Source: a virus
Virus record (IMG/VR): IMGVR_UViG_3300021141_000706
DNA: 64,000 nucleotides
Direction: 5' to 3' (one strand)
Made by a program: the position numbers and the translations under genes. The notes below the pieces were generated by a model. That model saw only the letters and a list, made by a program, of their open reading frames with translations. It ran no database searches and had not been told where the DNA came from. Positions 1 to 10,590 of this stretch are shown piece after piece; positions within the stretch are counted from its first letter, which is position 1, and each line of letters begins with the position of its first letter.

Positions 1-674
1 AGGCTGTCAATTGTTTACCACAATCTCAAAATAATACTTTTATATGTCTAAAAGAACACGTTGATAAATACCAAATAGATAAAACATTAAATAAATTTTA
101 TCCAAATTGTGATGTATTATCTATTAGTGAGACAACAGAAGGACAAGCTTGTACTTGTGAGTTAGGTGTTAATTTTTCAGATTTAGATTTAGAAAAACCA
201 ATATTAATTTCAGCTTGTGATAATGGTGTTTATTATGATGTTGATAAATATATGAGTCTTGTTAATGATGAGTCAAATGATATAATTGTTTGGTCTTTTA
301 GAAATAATCAAACTAGTAAAGTCAATCCTAATATGTATGCTTGGTTAAAAGTTGATGAGAATGATAATATAGAACACGTTTCTTGTAAAAAATTCATATA
401 TGATGATCCATTAAAGACTCATGCTATAATAGGAACTATGTTTTTTAGAAAGGCAAAATACTTTATTGATGGGTTAAACAAAAATTATCAAGAAAATATA
501 AGAACTAATAACGAGTTTTATGTTGATGATGTTTTAAATCAAAATATAAAAGAAGGATTAAAAGTTAAAGTCTTTGAAGTTGAAAATTATATTTGTTGGG
601 GTACGCCAGATGATTATAAAACTTATAATTATTGGGAAGAATATTTTAAAAAAATAAATAAAAAAAATGTATGA
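1..674 (+). CDS. Sugar-nucleotidyltransferase (NTP_transferase/GT2-like), 5'-truncated by the window edge
   Basis: Frame is open from base 3 (AVNCLPQ...TTEGQACT...ISACDNG) into the 252..674 ORF; TEGQACT, NNEFYV and WGTPDD motifs. Confidence 0.75.
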   Translation, partial: AVNCLPQSQNNTFICLKEHVDKYQIDKTLNKFYPNCDVLSISETTEGQACTCELGVNFSDLDLEKPILISACDNGVYYDVDKYMSLVNDESNDIIVWSFRNNQTSKVNPNMYAWLKVDENDNIEHVSCKKFIYDDPLKTHAIIGTMFFRKAKYFIDGLNKNYQENIRTNNEFYVDDVLNQNIKEGLKVKVFEVENYICWGTPDDYKTYNYWEEYFKKINKKNV

Positions 675-1761
675 TTATTTAATAGTTGGTGCTGGTTTAT
701 TTGGATCAACATTCGCCTATGAAATGACAAAGGCTGGTAAAAAATGTCTTATCATAGAAAGTAAAGAGCACATTGCTGGTAACTGTTATACTGAAAATAA
801 AGATGGTATAAACATACATACTTATGGCCCTCATATATTTCACACTAACGATAAAGGTATTTGGGAATGGGTTAATCAATTCACTGAATTTAACAATTAC
901 AGACACTGTGTTAGAGTTTCTTATGATGATAAGATGTATTCCTTTCCAATCAATTTAATGACCTTAAATCAACTCTGGGATGTTAAAACACCTGAAGAAG
1001 CAAAAACTAAGTTAAAGTCAGTTTCAATACCAAATGATAATCCTGAAAACTTAGAAGAATGGATTCTTTCTCAAGTAGGTGAAGATATTTACAAAACATT
1101 TGTTAAAGGTTATACAACTAAACAATGGGGTAAATCACCAAAAGAACTTCCAACATTTATAATTAAAAGACTTCCTATAAGAACTAGTTTTGATGATAAC
1201 TACTACTTTGATAAGTATCAAGGTATTCCAATTGGTGGTTATACAAAAATGTTTGAAAAAATGTTAGAAGGCATTGAAGTTAGAACAGGAGTTAATTACT
1301 TTTTAGATAAAGAGTATTATAATTCTATTGCGGATAAAATTGTATTTACTGGTAAAATAGATGAATTTTTCAACTATCAATTTGGTGAGTTAGAATATAG
1401 AACTCTTTCATTTGTTAATGAAAGATTAGATGTTGAAGATTATCAAGGATGTGCTCAAGTTAATTATGGTGACGAGAATGTTCCTTATACAAGAATCACA
1501 GAACACAAACACTTTGAAAAAAATGATTCTAAAGTAACTTGGATATCAAAAGAGTATTCAATGAAATATAAAAGAGGTGATATTCCGTATTATCCTATTA
1601 ATGATGAAAAGAATAATAAAGTATATAGCCAGTATAAAGAACTTTCTAATCAATATCCGAATATAATATTTGGTGGAAGATTATCTGAATATAAATATTA
1701 CGACATGCATCAGATAATTGGATCGGCTTTAACAAAAGTAAAAAAAGAATTAAATCAATGA
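667..1761 (+). CDS. glf: UDP-galactopyranose mutase
   Basis: GAGLFG FAD motif, HTYGPHIFHT, YQGIPIGGYT, GGRLSEYKYYDMHQ. Confidence 0.97.
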   Translation: MYDYLIVGAGLFGSTFAYEMTKAGKKCLIIESKEHIAGNCYTENKDGINIHTYGPHIFHTNDKGIWEWVNQFTEFNNYRHCVRVSYDDKMYSFPINLMTLNQLWDVKTPEEAKTKLKSVSIPNDNPENLEEWILSQVGEDIYKTFVKGYTTKQWGKSPKELPTFIIKRLPIRTSFDDNYYFDKYQGIPIGGYTKMFEKMLEGIEVRTGVNYFLDKEYYNSIADKIVFTGKIDEFFNYQFGELEYRTLSFVNERLDVEDYQGCAQVNYGDENVPYTRITEHKHFEKNDSKVTWISKEYSMKYKRGDIPYYPINDEKNNKVYSQYKELSNQYPNIIFGGRLSEYKYYDMHQIIGSALTKVKKELNQ

Positions 1762-2558
1762 AAAAGAAATGTGCTGTTTATACAATAGTTAAAAATGAAG
1801 ATTACTTTCTTCCAAAGTGGATTAAACATTTTAATAAATATTTTGACAAATCAGATATTTATATTTTAGATCATCAGAGTGATGATGGTTCTACTTCAAA
1901 TTTAGATGTTAATGTTACTAAGGTTGTTAATGATTTAGCATTTGATCACCAATGGCTTTTAAATACTGTTGAAAGTTATCAGTCAGTTTTGTTAGAAAAA
2001 TACGAGTGTGTTCTTTTTGCTGAGGTCGATGAGTTATTATACTGTACTAATAAGCCTTTGAATGAGATGATCGATGATTTTTTAAATGACGATATCAAAT
2101 ATTTAACAGCTCACGGCTATGAAATAAAACAACATAATGGAGAAACACCTATTAGTGTTAACGATGAGATAGTGATAAATAGAAACTATTGGTTTGAATC
2201 TTGGATGTATGGTAAAACTTTACTTTCAAAAATAAAACTAAACTGGGTTTGGGGATTTCACTACGCTAGAGTTATTAAGGAAAAATATATGTGGGATGAA
2301 AATAATATTCTTCAAAGAATTTATAAAAATAAAGAAGGTTTAGATTATGGTTTAAATTTAATTCACTTACATAGATGTGACTTTGAGTTAATGTATCAAA
2401 GACATGAGATTAGGTCTAAATGGAAACAAAAGTTTGATGGTGGTGGTAATCATAATAGAACAAGTGATAGAAGAGTATTAGAGCAATATTTTAATGATAT
2501 CCAAGGTGAAGTTGTACAAATACCTGAAGATCACAAAAAGCAACTTTATGGAATATGA
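1758..2558 (+). CDS. GT2-like glycosyltransferase
   Basis: VKNEDYFLPKWIKH, DHQSDDGS, EVDE motif. Confidence 0.7.
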   Translation: MKKKCAVYTIVKNEDYFLPKWIKHFNKYFDKSDIYILDHQSDDGSTSNLDVNVTKVVNDLAFDHQWLLNTVESYQSVLLEKYECVLFAEVDELLYCTNKPLNEMIDDFLNDDIKYLTAHGYEIKQHNGETPISVNDEIVINRNYWFESWMYGKTLLSKIKLNWVWGFHYARVIKEKYMWDENNILQRIYKNKEGLDYGLNLIHLHRCDFELMYQRHEIRSKWKQKFDGGGNHNRTSDRRVLEQYFNDIQGEVVQIPEDHKKQLYGI

Positions 2559-3241
2559 TAAACATTTATATTAATATAGCAATGGTTGGTTCTGTTAATC
2601 AAGTTCTTTGGGATTTATTGACAAGAATTAAACAAAGTGGATTATATGACTCTGCTAATAAAATATATTTAGTTTTTAATGGTGATAGAAAACAACTATC
2701 ATTTAATTTAGTTAGTGAAAAATATGTTATAATAGACGCTAATCCAGATATATCAAAGTGTGAGTTTCCAACATTAGATTTGATAAGTCAACATTGTAAA
2801 GAAGAAGATTTTAATGTTTTATACTTACATACTAAAGGCGTTACCAAACCAGGCTATCAACAAATAATTGACTGGACTAATTTACTATCTTATTTTAATA
2901 TAAATAAATGGCAAGATAGATTAAAAGATTTAGAAGATAATGATTGTTCTGGTGTTAATTTCTTTGGAAATCCAGATGATATAAATCATCATCCATCAAC
3001 TTGGGGTTACGGCAAAGCTCCTTTACATTATAGTGGTAATTTTTGGTGGTCTAAGTCATCTCATATTAAAAACTTACCTAATATGTCAAATTGGTTACCA
3101 GATGGTAACTATTTGAGATGGAGAGTAATGGCTGAGATGTGGCTTTGTCAAATACCGGATGGTAAATACAGTTGTGCTTGGCAATCAAATATAAATCACT
3201 ACCAACAAAATTATCCTAAAGAATTATATGAATCAAATTAA
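2555..3241 (+). CDS. Putative glycosyltransferase-like protein
   Basis: YLHTKG and HYSGNFWW motifs; sugar-gene context. Confidence 0.5.
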   Translation: MINIYINIAMVGSVNQVLWDLLTRIKQSGLYDSANKIYLVFNGDRKQLSFNLVSEKYVIIDANPDISKCEFPTLDLISQHCKEEDFNVLYLHTKGVTKPGYQQIIDWTNLLSYFNINKWQDRLKDLEDNDCSGVNFFGNPDDINHHPSTWGYGKAPLHYSGNFWWSKSSHIKNLPNMSNWLPDGNYLRWRVMAEMWLCQIPDGKYSCAWQSNINHYQQNYPKELYESN

Positions 3242-3455
3242 AACAGGAGCCGGTGGTGAAATCTATTCAAATCCTGAGGCTGATAAATTAAGTAGTCATT
3301 ATGGTCTCGATGTAGCTGATCAATTATCTGCTATGTTATCTGATGAAATAGCCAAAAGTATAGATAAAGAGATTCTAAAAAGTTTAGGATTAGAACCAGA
3401 TAGAAATAAAAGAAGAAAAAACTCTATTAATAAAATATTTAAAGACGTTGAATAA
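3228..3455 (+). CDS. Mini-protein: gp23 major-capsid-like fragment plus C-terminal tag
   Basis: HYGLDVADQLSAMLSDEIAKSIDKEIL resembles gp23 HGMDADAELSGILATEIMLEINREVV (recalled); ends RKNSINKIF. Confidence 0.75.
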   Translation: MNQIKTGAGGEIYSNPEADKLSSHYGLDVADQLSAMLSDEIAKSIDKEILKSLGLEPDRNKRRKNSINKIFKDVE

Positions 3456-4038
3456 TAGAAGGTAAAGCACCTAATTCAAGTACTTTAGATTTATCCAATA
3501 AGAATTCAATATCGTAAAAGTTAAAGTGAAATGTCATTGTAAATTCTTTAGAGTTAACTTTTTGTTGTGAATAATTAAAAGTATTGTCAGAAAGACCTTT
3601 AAGAATTATTTCATAAAACCTAATTACATAGATAGCATCTCTGTGTATATCAACACAAGTAATTGTAAAAGGATTAACCCAAGCATTATCAACATCTAAG
3701 TAGTGTTTAGTTAAAATATCAAACACTAACCAGTAGTTTAAGTCAGAGTCAACAGATCTAAATGTTACTGTTAAATCATGAGTTGAAGTAATATCTTGAA
3801 CGTTTTTAGCAGGCTTGAATTGTCTTTCTTTACCTCTCATATTAGTTTGTTTAGGCATATCGATTCCAACACCTGGAAAATTAACAGACTTAATAGTTGA
3901 GTTAACATAATCAATTACATTCTCATACTGTACCCAATTCTTTTCGAGAATTGGAGTATAAGTGTTAATAATTTCTTGTTTAATGAAATCACTCGGTAAA
4001 TTAAATATAAACTGACTACCTTGACTACTTAATCTCAT
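3439..4038 (-). CDS. Tail tube/terminator-fold protein (gp3/gp19-like)
   Basis: VNFPG...DLTVTFRSVDSDLNYW...FTMTFHFNFYDI; late operon. Confidence 0.6.
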   Translation of the reverse strand: MRLSSQGSQFIFNLPSDFIKQEIINTYTPILEKNWVQYENVIDYVNSTIKSVNFPGVGIDMPKQTNMRGKERQFKPAKNVQDITSTHDLTVTFRSVDSDLNYWLVFDILTKHYLDVDNAWVNPFTITCVDIHRDAIYVIRFYEIILKGLSDNTFNYSQQKVNSKEFTMTFHFNFYDIEFLLDKSKVLELGALPSIIQRL

Positions 4039-5960
4039 TGACCACCTAAGTTATTTTTTAAATTTATTGCTGCTTTACTAATTGATTGTTGTAACATATT
4101 AGCCTTTGACATACCTGGTTTAGCAACTGGTGCTGATTGTTTAACTGGTCTTCTTGTTACAACAGCTGTTTCTTGTGGTAACTTAGGATCTTTAATAATA
4201 GCAGGATTAGCACTGGAAGCCGCTTCCTGATTAAGACCGGAAACATTAGCAGCACTATCGTATATCTTAAATAATCCAGAGTAAACAACAGATTTAACTG
4301 ATTGTATATCACTAGTTATGTAAAATAAATTAATACCTGACTCATATAGTTTTTTAATATCGACAAATTTATTTTGAGTTATCTTAAATGATAATTGACC
4401 AAGATCTAAATTAACTGAACCAGAATCTGTGTAAAGAGGAAAATCAAAAGTTTTAGAATCATTTCTGAATGTTAATTTAATATCACCATATCCAGTCATA
4501 TTCAAAAAATCTGGTTTAGTATCACTACCATTAGCAATAGTAAATGTGATAATATTGTCAAAAGGATAAATATTGATAATCATTTTTCCAATACCATAAA
4601 ATAAAGTATTATTAAATGAAGCATTATCTGATTTACCAACTATATTAAACTTATCAACTAAAACAGGGAAAGGAACTTTTACAGTTTCAATTTGAATAAT
4701 TGGTGTGTTATTATTATTATTATTAGATCCAGATACTCTACCAGTTACTGCTTTGCTTATAGATATAGGTTTAGTTATTCTACCCATTGAGTTAGACATA
4801 CCAACTAATGATGGATCTATATTAGATTTAATATTATAAATTTTAGGTTTATTAGCATTTGTTAAATTAATCTTAGTTAAGTTTAGAGAGTATTTAGATA
4901 CTTCATCTTGTAACATACCATAAGAAGCTCTTCTAATGATATAAGAGTCATCTACAGCGTCTATTAATCTCATTTCAACATCTATGATAGCGGTTGTAGT
5001 TGAGTACTTAATAATAGGTCTATATTCAATAGTTTCATTAAAGTTATCATGTACAGTAACTGTTGTAGTTTTACCTCTAATGTTTTGTTCATACATTGTA
5101 ATGTTATATTGAACATAGTATCTGTGACCAATATTAAATGATTCATCCATAAACTGATTAAAACCAGCAATAGTATCATTATAAACACCGTATATCTCAA
5201 AGAAGTCACCATTAATTGAGTGAGCTACAACTAGACCTAATCTTTCGAACTCAGGAGTTTGAGGAACTGTTGTTGTTACTTTAGTTGATAAAATATATCC
5301 AGTTAATCCATTAACAGTTTGTATATTATCTATAAAGTGAAAATCAATAAAAACAGGAGATGTTATATTTAATCCCGCTCCATTTGTAAGATTAGCATTA
5401 ATACTATTTTCTTTTGGAACATTGTTAGTCTTTTGACTAGCTAAATCACTTAAAGATGGAATATTAATAGTTATATTCTTACCCCATAGTTTTTCTTGAA
5501 AAAGAAGTGGTGGACTTGTAAAGTTTAATAAATATTGTTGACTGACATCAGTCATGTCAAAGTAAAAGTTTGATATATCAAATATTCTAGTATTTGTAGT
5601 ATCAAATCCATAAACTTTAATAAAAAAACCTAAGTGTTCACCAAATGTCCAGTTTATAGGAACATGAATTTTAATAGTATCATGTCTAGTAGGTGTACCA
5701 GAAGCATACTCTTTTAATTGTAAAAATGAGTAATAAGATGGATTTACTTTAGCATACTTTTGAGTTACTGAATCAACTTTAAATAATTGATTACCCATTG
5801 TATTGCCGGTGATAGATGAAGAACCTGCTATATATGATTGTCTTCTATCTCTAGAGTCAACTAATATATCATAAGATTCACTTATTAAGTTACCATCATC
5901 ATAAATATATTCAAGTAAAACATCTTTGTCTAGTTTTACAAACTTAGAAATTTTTGCCAT
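4035..5960 (-). CDS. Large putative virion structural protein
   Basis: 641 aa, beta-rich; follows late motif at 5984; coupled to tail-fold gene. Confidence 0.45.
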   Translation of the reverse strand: MAKISKFVKLDKDVLLEYIYDDGNLISESYDILVDSRDRRQSYIAGSSSITGNTMGNQLFKVDSVTQKYAKVNPSYYSFLQLKEYASGTPTRHDTIKIHVPINWTFGEHLGFFIKVYGFDTTNTRIFDISNFYFDMTDVSQQYLLNFTSPPLLFQEKLWGKNITINIPSLSDLASQKTNNVPKENSINANLTNGAGLNITSPVFIDFHFIDNIQTVNGLTGYILSTKVTTTVPQTPEFERLGLVVAHSINGDFFEIYGVYNDTIAGFNQFMDESFNIGHRYYVQYNITMYEQNIRGKTTTVTVHDNFNETIEYRPIIKYSTTTAIIDVEMRLIDAVDDSYIIRRASYGMLQDEVSKYSLNLTKINLTNANKPKIYNIKSNIDPSLVGMSNSMGRITKPISISKAVTGRVSGSNNNNNNTPIIQIETVKVPFPVLVDKFNIVGKSDNASFNNTLFYGIGKMIINIYPFDNIITFTIANGSDTKPDFLNMTGYGDIKLTFRNDSKTFDFPLYTDSGSVNLDLGQLSFKITQNKFVDIKKLYESGINLFYITSDIQSVKSVVYSGLFKIYDSAANVSGLNQEAASSANPAIIKDPKLPQETAVVTRRPVKQSAPVAKPGMSKANMLQQSISKAAINLKNNLGGQ

Positions 5961-5983
5961 TTTTAGATAGATTATCTTTTGGT

Positions 5984-5992
5984 TATATATTA
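5984..5992 (-). promoter_or_regulatory. Candidate late promoter TAATATATA
   Basis: Exact motif upstream of the 5960 start. Confidence 0.6.
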
Positions 5993-6011
5993 AAAAAGAA
6001 AACCTTTCTTA

Positions 6012-6425
6012 TTAAGAAAGGCCCTCTTTTATTAATCTATCTTGTACTTTTTCTACTATCTGATTTTCTGTTAGATTTGGATGTCCATCTAAAATTTGAC
6101 GATATAGTTCCATTTCTTCCTTAGCTAATTTTTCAATTTCTAAGTTGATAGGCTCTATTAGCTTTTCTAATCTTTTACCTTCATCTTCTACTTCATCAAT
6201 TATCTTTAATAATTTTTCAAAGATTTCAGTTTCGCTCATGTGAATTTTTTGATTTTTAGAACTTTCTTTTAACTCTTTTTGATAGTCATCTATCTTTTTA
6301 AGAGTGCCATCTAATCTCTCAGAGACTTGAATAGCTCTTGCTCTATAAAGATCCATATTGTTGATTAACTTCAAATATGTTCTTCTGATAGAAATTGCTT
6401 TTTGTAAATATTTTTCATCAACCAT
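6012..6425 (-). CDS. Hypothetical coiled-coil protein
   Basis: 137-aa charged helical ORF. Confidence 0.6.
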   Translation of the reverse strand: MVDEKYLQKAISIRRTYLKLINNMDLYRARAIQVSERLDGTLKKIDDYQKELKESSKNQKIHMSETEIFEKLLKIIDEVEDEGKRLEKLIEPINLEIEKLAKEEMELYRQILDGHPNLTENQIVEKVQDRLIKEGLS

Positions 6426-7345
6426 TATTTAGCGATTTCTTTTTTAGCTCTAGGTTTTCTAGTAGTTGTTTTTTTAGGAAGATCTTTTGATAAAACAGGT
6501 TCTTTCTCCCAAGTAAGAGGTTCATGTTTTTCAGCTTTCTCATTATGTAGTTGAGTAACTGAATCTGTAATTTGTGAGTTAACATCTTTAACTTCAGCGC
6601 CATAAACAACTTCTTTAATCTTTTGTTTAATCATATCTTCTATGATTTGAGGATTTCTAAGTAAGTTATCTGTAAACTCTGCTGCTAAGAAATCAATAAT
6701 ACTTGTATTATAAGAATCTTCCATCATTTCAATAAAGTCTAGACGAGGAATTTTATTTTTAATTTCAAGAGATATTGAAAAATCTTTAGATCTTTTAACA
6801 TTCTTAAACATTGTGATAATCGGATCTTCAACAACTTGAACCGGTTGTTGATAAGTTTGAGAAACTGGTTGTTGAACAGGATTTCTATTTACTTGAACTT
6901 GTTGAACTTCTTCAGACTCTGGGTTTAATAATTTATTAAATGCCTCACTTTGTTTAGCCAAATCATTTTGTGGATTAGTAACACCGTATTTTCTAGCTAA
7001 TTCAGCTCTTTCATCTTCTTCAGTAACTTGAATAATAGCACTTTCATTTGTTTGTGGTCTAAATTGATTATTACCATCTACATTAACCATAACTTCACCA
7101 CCAACATCATCTCTGATTTTATCAGCTGGTATATTTTTAATTTTTTCAGCTAAATTGTTATAAGCACCTTGTGTATTAAAGAAACTAGAAACATCAATTT
7201 GCTCAGTATATAAATCTGGGTTTAAAAGTTGAGCTACATCAGCCTTGCCTTTATTTTCAAGAATTGCTATATTTTCAAAAGAATCAATAACTTTTACAAT
7301 CTCACCAGTTGCGTTATTTTTAAATGTTTTATTACTAAGACTCAT
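6425..7345 (-). CDS. Hypothetical protein
   Basis: 306-aa ORF, Q/V-rich linker, basic tail. Confidence 0.65.
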   Translation of the reverse strand: MSLSNKTFKNNATGEIVKVIDSFENIAILENKGKADVAQLLNPDLYTEQIDVSSFFNTQGAYNNLAEKIKNIPADKIRDDVGGEVMVNVDGNNQFRPQTNESAIIQVTEEDERAELARKYGVTNPQNDLAKQSEAFNKLLNPESEEVQQVQVNRNPVQQPVSQTYQQPVQVVEDPIITMFKNVKRSKDFSISLEIKNKIPRLDFIEMMEDSYNTSIIDFLAAEFTDNLLRNPQIIEDMIKQKIKEVVYGAEVKDVNSQITDSVTQLHNEKAEKHEPLTWEKEPVLSKDLPKKTTTRKPRAKKEIAK

Positions 7346-7380
7346 ATTTAATTTTATTTTTTATATTATTATCCTTTTAA

Positions 7381-7405
7381 TTATATAAAAGACTTCAAAT
7401 AAGTT
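7381..7405 (-). promoter_or_regulatory. Candidate middle promoter AACTT-N15-TATAA
   Basis: Motif upstream of 7345. Confidence 0.5.
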
Positions 7406-7423
7406 GTTAGGATATGTATAAAA

Positions 7424-7453
7424 AAAATAGGAGTCCCAATGGAACTCCTATTT
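7424..7453 (-). terminator. Intrinsic terminator after SSB
   Basis: ATAGGAGT...ACTCCTAT stem with T-run on minus strand. Confidence 0.6.
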
Positions 7454-7473
7454 CTAATATTAATATGTTACTA

Positions 7474-8442
7474 TTATAAGTCATTGAAGAAATCATCTTC
7501 ATCTTCAGAAGCACTAGCAGTAGTAGCCGCTGTTTTTGCGAAGTTGTCTTCAAATTCAAAATCATCAGATGATGGTTTTGCTTCTTGTTTAGGACTAGAA
7601 AAAGAAGAAGAAGCTTTACCAGTTAAGAAGTTTGAAATCTCAGTGATTTTAGCTTGTTGCTCATCAGTTAATTTCTTTGGAGCAAATTCTTCTAAATCGT
7701 GTTCACGGTCTAATAAGAAATCTTTAATTTTACTTTGAACACCAGCTTCAATTTTACCATCAGTAACAGGAGCATTTTTGAAAACACCTTTTTCTTTGAA
7801 GTAAATTGGAAGTGAAGTAGCTTCTGGTTTGAACATACTCATTTTGTAATCAGGATATGTTTCATCACCTGTTTGGATTTCTTTAACAACTAATACGAAA
7901 TCTTTACCAGCTGCTAAGTCAAATACGTTACAACCTACACCAGAGATTTCACCATTCTTTTCAGCCATGATTTTATCTTTGATAGTCTTACCATATTGCC
8001 AGATTAAAATTTTACCAACTAATTCTGGTTGTTGTTCGTCTTCGATAACTAATACATAAGAGTAGTATTTCTTAGAGTACTTTAATTGTTTTGATTTCTC
8101 AATCAAAATCGCATTTTTTGAATTTTGCATGGTGTAATACAAATCAGTCAAAGGGCACTTCTCGTTGAAGTTCTTTGGTGAATCAAACCAACCGCTTAAT
8201 TCTTTAGGTTGTTTAATATCAACATAGTGAGTAATTTTCTCAATTGCTGATTGACCAACTTTACCATCTTTGGTCAAATTAGGAAGGATTCTTACTAAAG
8301 ATCTCCATCCTCTTTTTTTGTCTTTCACTTTTGAAAGGTCAACGCGGTAAATACCATCGTTGTTGTTGCTTGTTTTCGCGTCATTAAGAAAGTCCATTTT
8401 ACTTTCTAAACCGCCATTAAATAAATCATCTAAATCTGCCAT
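7474..8442 (-). CDS. Single-stranded DNA-binding protein (T4 gp32-like)
   Basis: VRILPN, CPL, YYSYVLVIED, YGKTIKDKI, FDL..GKDFVL, YPDY, acidic tail DDDFFNDL. Confidence 0.9.
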   Translation of the reverse strand: MADLDDLFNGGLESKMDFLNDAKTSNNNDGIYRVDLSKVKDKKRGWRSLVRILPNLTKDGKVGQSAIEKITHYVDIKQPKELSGWFDSPKNFNEKCPLTDLYYTMQNSKNAILIEKSKQLKYSKKYYSYVLVIEDEQQPELVGKILIWQYGKTIKDKIMAEKNGEISGVGCNVFDLAAGKDFVLVVKEIQTGDETYPDYKMSMFKPEATSLPIYFKEKGVFKNAPVTDGKIEAGVQSKIKDFLLDREHDLEEFAPKKLTDEQQAKITEISNFLTGKASSSFSSPKQEAKPSSDDFEFEDNFAKTAATTASASEDEDDFFNDL

Positions 8443-8497
8443 AATTGCTTTTTATTTTTTTTGTTTATATCAAATACTTTGTGTATCTGATTAGTAT

Positions 8498-8522
8498 TTA
8501 TATTATAATTTTTGAAAAAGTT
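8498..8522 (-). promoter_or_regulatory. Candidate middle promoter AACTT-N15-TATAA
   Basis: Upstream of SSB. Confidence 0.55.
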
Positions 8523-8614
8523 GTTGTGTTATTTTGAAGTATTTTGTTAGAATAAAAAAAGTGTGGAATTTATAATAAAAACCACACTTGTATAGAAAAT
8601 AATTTCAAAAAAGT

Positions 8615-9334
8615 TTATAAAAAATGTTTAGTTACTTCAGGTGTATAATTACCAGTAGTAAAAATCTTACAAAGGTTCTTATACTCTACATCACTTACTT
8701 TATAAAGTTGTAAGTCATTTCTTACAGTAGAAACAACATTGCCTGTATCTTCATCTATATAGTCTTCACCCCATATAGATGACGTTGGTCTAAATCCAGT
8801 TACCTCATATAATCTTTGTAAACACTCTATAAATATTGGTAGGTTTTCCGGTTTGAAAATACCTAAGTTCAAATAAATAATCGGATAACCCGGAATAATA
8901 TCATTTAATATATTCTCTTGTAATCTTTCAAGATAACTTTTACCAGCACTATTTTTTGATTCTTCAACTTCTGAAAAATAAACATCATTGTAGATAAGTG
9001 AACTTCGAGAGTTTTTACTAGCCATTTTAATCATATCATCTGATAGGGGTTTGGACAAATCAATAAACATATTTTTCCAAGTATCTTGAATATCTTCACA
9101 TTCTTTATTAATCCAATTCTCTTCAAAACTCATATCAGAAAATAATTGACTTCTAATAGCCCTTGATATATTATTAGTTGTAAAGAATTGATAACCTGAT
9201 TCGTATAATTTACATTTAGCTAGAGGTTCTTCATCTGTTAGATCATAGAATAGTTCTTGAATATCCAACTCAATAGGAAATTCAGATTTAATAATAACAG
9301 ATTCAAATAATTTATATGACTTTAAGTATCTCAT
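8615..9334 (-). CDS. Putative head-internal protein (N-terminal capsid-targeting-like motif)
   Basis: Starts MRYLKSYKLFES. Confidence 0.6.
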   Translation of the reverse strand: MRYLKSYKLFESVIIKSEFPIELDIQELFYDLTDEEPLAKCKLYESGYQFFTTNNISRAIRSQLFSDMSFEENWINKECEDIQDTWKNMFIDLSKPLSDDMIKMASKNSRSSLIYNDVYFSEVEESKNSAGKSYLERLQENILNDIIPGYPIIYLNLGIFKPENLPIFIECLQRLYEVTGFRPTSSIWGEDYIDEDTGNVVSTVRNDLQLYKVSDVEYKNLCKIFTTGNYTPEVTKHFL

Positions 9335-10590
9335 TATAAGTTTAATAATATTTTAAATGAATAATCATTAACATCAGTATCATCATCATACATTCTGTCA
9401 AATCTTGCCATATCAAAAACAACTTCTTCATAATCTAACTCTGGTAAAATACTTAACAAAGCTTCATCTATATCTGATTCTAATTTTTTAAGATTCATTT
9501 TACCTGTTAAATGTGAGTTATCATATCCACCTATGTTTATATTAATAGCTGGTTTATACATATCTAAAACTTTATCAACTGAATAATCTTTTTTCTTTTT
9601 AATATCATAACTGTGAATTGTAACGCTTCTTCTTTCATTGCCTGGAAATTCATCACCGTCTTTGAATCCATAATTATCAATATCAAAATTGACACAATTC
9701 CATTTTTTATCAGTTACATAATACTGTTCGTCACTTCTTCTTAACATTGTATTTGGGTAACTACCAATATTTAAAGTTGGTGAAATAATATCTATTAATA
9801 TATGTTTAACTATTCTTAACTTAGATTCTTCATTTACATTCATAACAGATATTAAACCATTGTATTTATTCTTATTTGGTTTATCATGATTTTCATAATT
9901 GCCATAAGCTATACATAAAACTGAATACTTATCTTTAGCAGATGGAATCTCATCATAAACATCATACATTCTATCATTTACGGTTTCAATATCAACCTTT
10001 GATAGTGAATTAAACATTTTATCAACTAAAGAAGTAATTTTTTGCCAATAACCTTCTCCAATAAAATGTTCTGTATTTAATCTAAGAGATGATTCACTTA
10101 CTTTATTGTTACTACGACCCCATTGAGAAGATTTTATATCTTCAAACCAATCATAGATACCATAATTCATTTGATTAGATTCTTGAATTTTATCAGCTGA
10201 AAAAATAGTTTCTAATTTAGGCATCTCATCATATATTTCAAACTTATCATATCCATATTTTTTATAGTCTTCTGGTATAAGTATTAAATAATTATCATTA
10301 GGATTTTTAGTAAATTGTTTAATAGCAAAATCTATAACTTTATCATGTATCATAGGAGCAATATGAGCTTCAATATTAGAATCAAAATAAACTACTTTAA
10401 CATTCAAGTCTTTTGATTTTGCCCATTTGTAAAACTCATTGGTAAACCAAGCACAATTGGCTTTATTTTTATCAAATGATTCTCCAAATCTAAGACTATA
10501 AACTTTAGACATATCAGTAATAAACTGATTAGCTATAGTTTCTAACTTAAACATCGATTCAAATATTTTATATTTAGTTAAATGTCTCAT
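9334..10590 (-). CDS. Putative head-internal protein with N-terminal Cys-His-Asp (papain/transglutaminase-like) domain
   Basis: MRHLTKYKIFES; NCAWF...HIAP...VIDFAIKQF; internal IQES and VSES. Confidence 0.55.
   Translation of the reverse strand: MRHLTKYKIFESMFKLETIANQFITDMSKVYSLRFGESFDKNKANCAWFTNEFYKWAKSKDLNVKVVYFDSNIEAHIAPMIHDKVIDFAIKQFTKNPNDNYLILIPEDYKKYGYDKFEIYDEMPKLETIFSADKIQESNQMNYGIYDWFEDIKSSQWGRSNNKVSESSLRLNTEHFIGEGYWQKITSLVDKMFNSLSKVDIETVNDRMYDVYDEIPSAKDKYSVLCIAYGNYENHDKPNKNKYNGLISVMNVNEESKLRIVKHILIDIISPTLNIGSYPNTMLRRSDEQYYVTDKKWNCVNFDIDNYGFKDGDEFPGNERRSVTIHSYDIKKKKDYSVDKVLDMYKPAININIGGYDNSHLTGKMNLKKLESDIDEALLSILPELDYEEVVFDMARFDRMYDDDTDVNDYSFKILLNL

Noticed and set aside
4707-4724. 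(TTA)n repeat
   Set aside because: Encodes a short poly-Asn linker within a gene
7439-7738. Antisense ORFs in the track (706, 4982, 7439, 12732, 14276, 18644, 22865, 24103, 27524, 39146, 42981, 44580, 45104, 48097, 48925, 53169, 62986) and same-strand off-frame ORFs (6418, 22789, 23191, 27846)
   Set aside because: They lie wholly or largely within well-supported genes and show no motifs; shadow ORFs
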